From Candidatus Undinarchaeales archaeon (GTDB lineage Archaea > SpSt-1190 > JASMDC01), in the NCBI GenBank assembly GCA_030753015.1, contig JASMDC010000011.1, positions 1 through 64,000 of the forward strand: DNA of 64,000 nucleotides, given 5' to 3'. Under the pieces are notes generated by a model. It saw only the letters and a program-made list of their open reading frames with translations. It ran no database searches and was not told the origin of the DNA. The first letter of the stretch is position 1. Every line of letters begins with the position of its first letter. This document shows, in pieces, positions 57,107 through 64,000 of the stretch. A program made the position numbers and the translations under genes.

Positions 57107-58246
57107 GTGGAGAGGATTAGCAACATAATCATTGTAGGAACGGCGCACGTCTCTGCCGACTCAATCGATGAGGTGCGTTCCGTGATCTCAAAGGAACGTC
57201 CTGGTGCTGTCGCCGTGGAACTGGACGAGAAGCGCTACAAGTCACTCGTTGAGGGAAAGGACTGGCGGAAGGAGCCCATCGCCGATCTTCTTCGCTCCGA
57301 CCGGCTCTACATCGCCCTGGCCAACGCGTTGATGCTCGCTTTCCAGCGAATGGTCGGACAACGTGTCGGCAGCCGCCCGGGGGAGGAGATGCTGGCCGCG
57401 ATCGAAGCGGCGAAAGAGGTGGACGCCGAGGTAGTGCTCGTGGACAGGGACATCACCAAGACCCTTCGCCGGGCTTTGGACGAGATGAGCGTTAGGGAGA
57501 AGTACGGTATACTCAAGGAGCTGCTGTCCCCTGACGACGAGGTTCTCCAGACGGAGGTGGACGAGCTCCTGGAGACCTACAAGGACGCCAATGTCATCTC
57601 GGAACTTGTCGACCAGCTGCGTGAATTGTCGCCTGGCGCCCACCGCGTGCTCCTGGCAGAACGGGACGCCTACATGGCACGTCGCATCCAGGCCGCGGCG
57701 AAGGACCGTTCAGTCGTCGCCGTGGTAGGCGCAGCTCACGCCAACGGCATAGCCACTCACTTGCGCACCGAGGAGGAGATCCCGGAGGTCGAGATCGTGG
57801 AGCGCCGGCACTGGGGCCGCATGTTCCTGTACGCACTCCCCTTCATGTTCGTTGCCGTGTTCCTGCTGGCCATGCTCAAGGGAGTGGCCATCGGTCCAGA
57901 GCTCGGCCGGTGGGTGCTCATCAACGGTGCGCTTTCGGCACTGTGCACGCTGCTCGTGCGCGGGAGCATCCCTGCCATCGTCATAGCGTTCCTGGCCGCC
58001 CCAATCACGAGCCTCTCACCGTTCCTGGCCGCGGGATGGTTCGCCGGACTGACGGAGGCATGGTGGCGGCGGTTGACGGTGGAGGACCTGGAGGACCTGA
58101 CGAAGATCGAGGATATGGACGATCTCATGGCCAATAGCGCCTTTCGCGTGCTCCTCGTGGGAGCTGCGGCGAACATAGGGAGCACCATAGGGACCTTCGT
58201 GAGCATCCCTGCAGTGCTCACTCCCATCCTCACAAAGCTAGGATGA
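57107..58246 (+). CDS. traB: TraB/PrgY (GumN) family protein
   Basis: VGTAHVS..S, VAVELD..R, PGEEM, DRDI..T, ERDAYM, VVGAAH; C-terminal TMs. Confidence 0.92.
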   Translation: MERISNIIIVGTAHVSADSIDEVRSVISKERPGAVAVELDEKRYKSLVEGKDWRKEPIADLLRSDRLYIALANALMLAFQRMVGQRVGSRPGEEMLAAIEAAKEVDAEVVLVDRDITKTLRRALDEMSVREKYGILKELLSPDDEVLQTEVDELLETYKDANVISELVDQLRELSPGAHRVLLAERDAYMARRIQAAAKDRSVVAVVGAAHANGIATHLRTEEEIPEVEIVERRHWGRMFLYALPFMFVAVFLLAMLKGVAIGPELGRWVLINGALSALCTLLVRGSIPAIVIAFLAAPITSLSPFLAAGWFAGLTEAWWRRLTVEDLEDLTKIEDMDDLMANSAFRVLLVGAAANIGSTIGTFVSIPAVLTPILTKLG

Positions 58247-58285
58247 GAGGCGTGCAACCCATCTGGGAAGTTTAATAAAGCCTTA

Positions 58286-59704
58286 GTGGTTATCGGCATC
58301 GTGGCACTGCCACTTACGCTGCCAGTCATCCTTCTCTTTATCGAGTTCGTCGTAGCCATCATCCTTGTGTACTTCGGCAGCGAGTGGGTGGTCGACTCGG
58401 CGTCGGCCATGGCGCTCTATCTCGGAGTGTCCTCCGCCTTCATCGGCCTCACCCTCATCTCGGTGGGGACATCGATCCCGGAGATCGCCGTTTCGACGAC
58501 TGCGGCGTTCAAGGGGTATGGCGGAGTGTCCGGTGGCAACATCATCGGCTCGGACCTTGTCCAGATCACCCTCATCCTGGGCATCTGTGCCTTCATCCGC
58601 CCCATCTTCATGGAGCGGTCCGAGGTACGCCAGGACGGTATCATCATGCTCGCGGCCGCGACCCTTGGTATCCTCGCGATGCTCACGGGGACCTGTGCGC
58701 ACACGCTCCAGTGCGAACCTGGCCCGGATACGTTCAGCTGCATCGACCGTAGCGGCGAGTTCACATCCCACCTTGAGTACATCGAGGCCTCCGGAAAGGC
58801 AAGATTGATCATGGGACTCGATATGCACGACGCGGAGCTCACCGTCGTGTGCGAGGGCGACGATCCGCCGGGACAGGACATCCCGTTCAACAAAGATACC
58901 CTGTGCATCCCCGAGAAGATCTCGCTCATCGAGGACGAAGTGGATTCGGACTCGTGCATGTGCAAGAAAGTGTTCGGGAACGACGGTGACATTACCATCA
59001 CCTGCAAGAACGTGTTGGTCCGGTACGATACTGAGCTCGACCAAACGACCGGGACGGTCGAGGTGACCTATCTCGATCCGAGCACCCAACAGCTGTCAAA
59101 GGTGAACGCCACCTGTACCTCGAACGCCGCCTCGGCGACCTTCGACACCGGGTGTGTCACGCGGTTCGAGGGGCTGGGACTTGCCCTGCTCTATATCTGT
59201 TACGTGATCTATCTCTACAAGCACTCCACTCCGCCCGAGGAGATCCAGCAGTCCAAGATCACCCGGGAGAAGGCCGTGGTGCTCCTGATAGCGGGATTCA
59301 TCTTTGTGGTGGTGGGGAGCAACATGCTCGTTCGCACGTCCGTGAACCTAGCCATCATGTTCGGCGTCCCTGCCTTCATCATCGGCATGACGATGGTCGG
59401 CTTCGGCACATCGCTGCCCGAGCTGATCATCTCGGCCATGGCCGCCTATAAAGGGGAGGAGGAGATGAGCCTGGGCAACCTCGTGGGCAGCAATATCACC
59501 GATCCGCTCTTTTCCATAGGCTTCGGCGCCTTCATGGGCGGGAACATCATCGTCAACTCGGGTCTGGTGCGCAGCAACGGCCTCTACATGCTGATCTGCT
59601 CTGCAGTGGCAGTCGCCATAATGTGGCGCACAGGTCGCGTAGGGCGCAAGGCCGCTTTCCTCCTGTCCGGCCTCTATTTTGTGTACCTGTACTTCCTGTT
59701 CTGA
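58286..59704 (+). CDS. Ca2+/Na+ antiporter (YrbG/CaCA) with a Cys-rich insertion
   Basis: Alpha repeats GTSIPE..GNIIGSD and GTSLPE..GNLVGSN; start approximate. Confidence 0.9.
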   Translation: MVIGIVALPLTLPVILLFIEFVVAIILVYFGSEWVVDSASAMALYLGVSSAFIGLTLISVGTSIPEIAVSTTAAFKGYGGVSGGNIIGSDLVQITLILGICAFIRPIFMERSEVRQDGIIMLAAATLGILAMLTGTCAHTLQCEPGPDTFSCIDRSGEFTSHLEYIEASGKARLIMGLDMHDAELTVVCEGDDPPGQDIPFNKDTLCIPEKISLIEDEVDSDSCMCKKVFGNDGDITITCKNVLVRYDTELDQTTGTVEVTYLDPSTQQLSKVNATCTSNAASATFDTGCVTRFEGLGLALLYICYVIYLYKHSTPPEEIQQSKITREKAVVLLIAGFIFVVVGSNMLVRTSVNLAIMFGVPAFIIGMTMVGFGTSLPELIISAMAAYKGEEEMSLGNLVGSNITDPLFSIGFGAFMGGNIIVNSGLVRSNGLYMLICSAVAVAIMWRTGRVGRKAAFLLSGLYFVYLYFLF

Positions 59705-59744
59705 ACGAGCGGTAGGCGATCCCGTCGTATATATGCTCGTGTCC

Positions 59745-60956
59745 CTACTCGTCGCCGACCTCGTACCCGCCGACGCGGCGCATCCCGGAGGCCGCGAAAG
59801 CCGCGTATCCGGTAGCTGCTCGGATGACCTCGCTAACGGGGACATGCTCGTCAGGGCGATGGGCCAGCGACTCGTCGCCCGGCCCGAATCCCACGGTCGG
59901 GATGTTGCGGACACCGGCCGTGTACGCCCCGTCGGTGCTGAAGTTCCATACGGTCGCTTCCGGTGAGAGCCCGACGGCCTCCAGCGTCCGGAGGCACCCT
60001 TGGCCCAGGGCCGAGCCGTCGGGGAGCAGCCAGGCCGGGTAGAACGCCTCACCTTCCACCTGGAGCCCTGTGTGGCATCTGAGCTGGTGGTGCCTGAGCT
60101 TGGCCAGAGCACCCTCCAGGCCGATGGATTCGATGAGCTCGCTGTACTGGTCCACAACGTCCTCTGCGGTCTCACCCATCACGGTCCGACGGTCGACCTG
60201 TACGGTGCATCGCTCGGGGACCACGGGGCCGTCACCGGGCGAGCAACCGATACCTACAGCGCACTGAGTGCCTCTGCCAAGGAGGTCGTGAGCGGGCAGC
60301 TGGATAGTGTCCAGCCGGTCCAGAACACGTGTCATCCCCATGAGCGCGTTCTCACCCAGATGCGGCATGCTCGCGTGGGCCGATACGCCAGCTGTCGTTA
60401 ACGTGACCTCGGCACGGCCCCGGTGACCGATGGCCAGGTCGAGGCCCGTGGCCTCGCCGAGGATCACGAGGGCGGGCTCGTGGACACGCCCCTCTTCGAG
60501 CAGGTGGCGCATGGCAAGGCCCTCGCACGTCTCCTCGTGAACAACGAAGCACACGATACGCTCACCAGGTGGCTCGATACCGGCCTTTGCCAGGACGTCG
60601 CCCATGAACGCCATGGCTGCCAGCGCGCCCTTCATGTCGACGGCGCCGCGGCCAAAGACCTGGCCGTCAACGACCGTCCCGCAGAATGGCTCGCACGACC
60701 ATGCCTCCCTATCTCCAGGAGGGACAGTGTCCATGTGACCATTGAAGAGGATCGAAGGGCCGTCGCCACCGTCGATCCGGCCCACCACGGAGCCCAGAGG
60801 ATCGATGAACACCTCATCGAAGGTACGGTCCAAGCGGTCCAGTAGGAGCTCGGCCACCGCTCCTTCGTCACCTGAGAGGGAGGGGGTCCTCACCAGTCGC
60901 TGGCAGAACCTGACGATGTCGTCCTCGACAAGATGGGCGGCCCTGGCGATGTCCAT
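59745..60956 (-). CDS. M20 family metallohydrolase (YgeY/ArgE/DapE-like)
   Basis: FNGHMDTV, GRGAVDMKG, HEE, GHRGR, SAHAS.P, FSTDG, GFGPG.E..AH..DE. Confidence 0.92.
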   Translation of the reverse strand: MDIARAAHLVEDDIVRFCQRLVRTPSLSGDEGAVAELLLDRLDRTFDEVFIDPLGSVVGRIDGGDGPSILFNGHMDTVPPGDREAWSCEPFCGTVVDGQVFGRGAVDMKGALAAMAFMGDVLAKAGIEPPGERIVCFVVHEETCEGLAMRHLLEEGRVHEPALVILGEATGLDLAIGHRGRAEVTLTTAGVSAHASMPHLGENALMGMTRVLDRLDTIQLPAHDLLGRGTQCAVGIGCSPGDGPVVPERCTVQVDRRTVMGETAEDVVDQYSELIESIGLEGALAKLRHHQLRCHTGLQVEGEAFYPAWLLPDGSALGQGCLRTLEAVGLSPEATVWNFSTDGAYTAGVRNIPTVGFGPGDESLAHRPDEHVPVSEVIRAATGYAAFAASGMRRVGGYEVGDE

Positions 60957-61040
60957 GTAGCTCCAGAAGGAGTAAAGGATTATATTGACATCGTACGAGG
61001 ATAGTCGCCCGGTGCAGAAGATTAATAATCATTGTAACAT

Positions 61041-62114
61041 ATGGAACAGGGGATTAGGTTGGAACGTCCTTCTACGACAAGCCTCATAGGGATTCTTGTC
61101 CTGCTACTATCGATTGGATACTTCTGGAGTACAGATGACGTGACGGAAGCCGAACTCGTAGTCCCATCAGATGCTACTCCCGATGTCGACGCTCTTATCA
61201 TCGACTTGCGCACAGGTGATACAGAGACTCGGTCTCGGGCTGCACAAGTGCTCATCAAGCATGGTCCTTTTGCAGTGGACTCTCTCTCAGAAATCATACA
61301 GGATGATGATCCTGCAGTCCGACAGTGGATCGCCATCGTCATGGGAAACATTAACCATCCACGGGCCGTGAAGCTTCTCCTCACCCTCCTCAAGGATGAA
61401 AACGCGACCGTTAGGTTCCACACGGTGCTAGCTCTGTCCAGCTTGAACGATACTCGTGCTATTGCCCCGCTCATAGAGATGCAGATGGACCCTGATCATG
61501 AAGTAAGGGTGGTCGTCGCCGAGGCACTCAAGGAGCTGGGCTATACCGAGCCCACACCCACGGAGCGCCCCCTAGACGAGCTGTTTGATGATATTAAGGA
61601 CAAGGAGATCAAGAATAGGGACCTCGCAGCTGCGGAACTTGCCGCGCAAGGGGAGCGTGCCATTGAACCGCTACTGGTCGAACTGAACGGGACGGACGCG
61701 AACGGAAGGGAGATGGCGGCGCGTGTGCTCGGGGAAATCGGCAATCCCCGTTCCGTGGACCCGCTCGTTGTAGCCCTTAACGATGAGAGCGACCTGGTCA
61801 GGGAGAGCGCAGCGCTCGCACTTGGCGCGGTGAACGATACAAGGGCCATCCCAGGTCTCATCGCAGCGCTCAATGACACCTCATCATATGTGAGGGAGAA
61901 CGCGGCCCAATCCCTCGGCCAGATCCATGATTCCAGGGCCGTCGAACCACTAATAGGATTGCTGAGTGACAGTGATGCTGACGTTCGAGCAGCTGCCGCA
62001 AGGAGTCTCGGTGAACTGGGTGACCCGCGCGCTGCAGATCAGCTTAAGACACTCCTCGAGGACGAGATGGACTATGTGCGCGAGGCTGCCAGGATGGCCC
62101 TTGAGACGCTCTAG
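61041..62114 (+). CDS. Membrane-anchored HEAT/PBS-lyase repeat protein
   Basis: N-terminal TM; repeated VR..AA..LG...D.RAV.PL..L.D. Confidence 0.9.
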   Translation: MEQGIRLERPSTTSLIGILVLLLSIGYFWSTDDVTEAELVVPSDATPDVDALIIDLRTGDTETRSRAAQVLIKHGPFAVDSLSEIIQDDDPAVRQWIAIVMGNINHPRAVKLLLTLLKDENATVRFHTVLALSSLNDTRAIAPLIEMQMDPDHEVRVVVAEALKELGYTEPTPTERPLDELFDDIKDKEIKNRDLAAAELAAQGERAIEPLLVELNGTDANGREMAARVLGEIGNPRSVDPLVVALNDESDLVRESAALALGAVNDTRAIPGLIAALNDTSSYVRENAAQSLGQIHDSRAVEPLIGLLSDSDADVRAAAARSLGELGDPRAADQLKTLLEDEMDYVREAARMALETL

Positions 62115-62214
62115 TCAAATATAGTACTGTTTATATTTTGTACACTCAATAAATACGTACTATACGCAATTTTTAATACGTACTAATACATACGTATTAT
62201 CAGGGAACAGCCCA

Positions 62215-64000
62215 ATGTCAGCTTCTACGAGGCGCAAGGATGATTCCGCTCCCGTGAGAGGACAGGCAGGCCTTGAGTTCTTAGCTACCTACGGGACCAT
62301 GATCCTCGTAGTGGCAATGGCCGGAGGTGCCATGCACTCCATTGGATTGTTCAACAGTGAATTATATGAAAGGGGTTCCTGCGTCGGCGGCCATGTCATT
62401 CAGTACCGTGACCACGTGTTCGGCGCGAACGGGGAGTTCCGGCTCCATCTCTTCAACGGAGCTGGGAAGCACATCAACATCACCTCGATCGATGTGGCCT
62501 ATCCGGAGAAGGATGAGTATCACCAGGGTAACACCGCACTGGAGCTCGTGGAAGCAGGTCATGGGATAGTAGTCATGCGAAGCTCCTTCAGAGAACTAGA
62601 GGAAGGTCGTAGGTACTCGGCTCAAGTGCGTATCAACTTCGACGAAGTGCACGGCATGTCGGACCACACAGAGGTCATGGTATGTACAGGACACCTGGTC
62701 AAATTTGACAACACGACGACGTTATCACCCTCAGTTTCTCCGACCGCCACTCCAACTCCCACACCCACGCCCACTCCCACGCCCACACCCACGCCCACAC
62801 CCACCCCGGGTCCATCCCCGGGCCCGCTGTGTTGTGGTGACAAGGACACTCCTGTGCTCTACAACGACATGGGGAACAAACCGGACTGCTCTAACCTCCC
62901 CGCGGCGAACAAGACCATCAAGCTCGTGGATAGCGAATGCAATCCGTTACCGAACGTTCGGGTGAACCTCCGTCGGTCTAACGGGGGCTATATCACCAAC
63001 GCACGGACGGACGCGAACGGTGTGGCGGATTTCAGTGGGTACAGCGGCCGTGCCACCCCTGACTTCTTCGAGATCGATTATAACGGTGCGACCTATCCCA
63101 CAGCACCGGGCACCTTCGACACAGGTATAGCACTCCAGACGAGAGAGTATCAGATACAATTCAAGAACCATGAATGCAACCCCATTCCCAACGCTCGAGT
63201 GAACTTGCGTCGCTCGAACGGTAGATACGTTACTCGGGCCAATACGGACGCCAACGGTTATGCTGTCTTCGAAGTGGTACCCGAATCCTCTATGCGGTTT
63301 GAGGTGAACTACAACGGTGGCACACTGATGACCGATCCGATGCCTCCGAACATCGACGTCATAGTCAGTGCCAGGGCCTACAGGCTCTACTTACTCAACA
63401 GCACTGGTGATCCCATCGAGAATGTCCGTGTGAATCTGCGCCGGTCCGACAACAGACACCTTCTGTACACACGGACGGATACTGAGGGCATAGCATCCGT
63501 GGATGTGCTTCCTGACCTACCTCTGCTCTTCGAGGTGGATTACAATGGGGCCACCCACAGGACGAACGTTACAACGACCCACGAGCTCGAGACCGTGCGT
63601 ACACATGCGTTTGACCTTGAGTTGACGGACAGCGATGACCAGCCCATTGAGAGCGTACGCGTGAGACTCCGCCGGTCCAACAACAGGAATGTGATGAGCG
63701 CGTACACGAACGCCACAGGTATCGCACGATTCCAGGTCCTCCCTGAGGCACAAATGAAGATGGAGCTTACGTACCACGGTGTGACCCATCAAACAGAACC
63801 CACTACGGTCAGCGAGGATACCCAGCTCTCCGTCCAGACCTTGGCCTTCGCCTTGAACGTAACTAACAGCACTGGTTATCCCATCGAGAACGTCAGAGTG
63901 AACCTCCGCCGATCAAATAACAGGAATGTAATGAACGTACGTACCAACGCCTCGGGCATCGCGAAATTCGAGGTGTTACCGGGCGCTCAGATGCGGTTCC
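62215..64000 (+). CDS. Class III signal peptide (pilin-like) protein with PT linker and approx 78-aa beta-sandwich repeats; runs off the window end
   Basis: Not in the ORF track; hand translation MSASTRRKDDSAPVRG|QAGLEFLATYGTMILVVAM.., (PT)n at about 62750-62810, repeats NVRVNLRRSN..RT(D/N)A.G.A.F. Confidence 0.85.
   Translation, partial: MSASTRRKDDSAPVRGQAGLEFLATYGTMILVVAMAGGAMHSIGLFNSELYERGSCVGGHVIQYRDHVFGANGEFRLHLFNGAGKHINITSIDVAYPEKDEYHQGNTALELVEAGHGIVVMRSSFRELEEGRRYSAQVRINFDEVHGMSDHTEVMVCTGHLVKFDNTTTLSPSVSPTATPTPTPTPTPTPTPTPTPTPGPSPGPLCCGDKDTPVLYNDMGNKPDCSNLPAANKTIKLVDSECNPLPNVRVNLRRSNGGYITNARTDANGVADFSGYSGRATPDFFEIDYNGATYPTAPGTFDTGIALQTREYQIQFKNHECNPIPNARVNLRRSNGRYVTRANTDANGYAVFEVVPESSMRFEVNYNGGTLMTDPMPPNIDVIVSARAYRLYLLNSTGDPIENVRVNLRRSDNRHLLYTRTDTEGIASVDVLPDLPLLFEVDYNGATHRTNVTTTHELETVRTHAFDLELTDSDDQPIESVRVRLRRSNNRNVMSAYTNATGIARFQVLPEAQMKMELTYHGVTHQTEPTTVSEDTQLSVQTLAFALNVTNSTGYPIENVRVNLRRSNNRNVMNVRTNASGIAKFEVLPGAQMRF

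Noticed and set aside
62745-62815. ACxCCx hexamer repeat as a contingency locus
   Set aside because: Encodes an ordinary Pro-Thr linker with mixed codons.

Overview
GC-rich archaeal chromosomal DNA. The archaeal assignment rests on the RNase P p30/Pop5-psmA-SBDS-rrp4/41/42 cluster, archaeal rps2, prefoldin alpha, TATA-type promoters, GGTGA ribosome-binding sites and a class III signal peptide; the lineage cannot be fixed from sequence alone. No rRNA, tRNA or CRISPR array was seen. (1) 0.3-19.4 kb is a co-oriented surface cluster: a thioester alpha-2-macroglobulin with about 8 TM helices where the bait region should be, a GNAT, a 2032-aa anchored 6-Cys-repeat protein, a 2153-aa secreted protein combining three intact peptidoglycan hydrolase domains (lytic transglycosylase-like, M23, NlpC/P60), and a Cys-rich lipoprotein. 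This is a candidate anti-bacterial or predatory apparatus in an archaeon. (2) Two unlinked loci (19.5-21.7 kb and 42.2-44.6 kb) each pair an unknown protein family ('MLYEIG' family) with small proteins sharing a gapless 40-aa acidic leader (LDL..Y..DLS..AGxIxG) on unrelated cargo domains, a candidate undescribed export or targeting system. (3) The exosome genes are intact ORFs, but Rrp41 has lost its catalytic and phosphate-binding residues. Other oddities: an MthK-like channel with TGES instead of TVGYG, a half-length RqcH/NFACT, a Na+/Ca2+ antiporter with a 10-Cys insertion, an HTH-MNT-PD(D/E)xK + HEPN module, and an internally deleted IS200/IS605 tnpB remnant. All calls come from motif reading by eye; no database searches were run.
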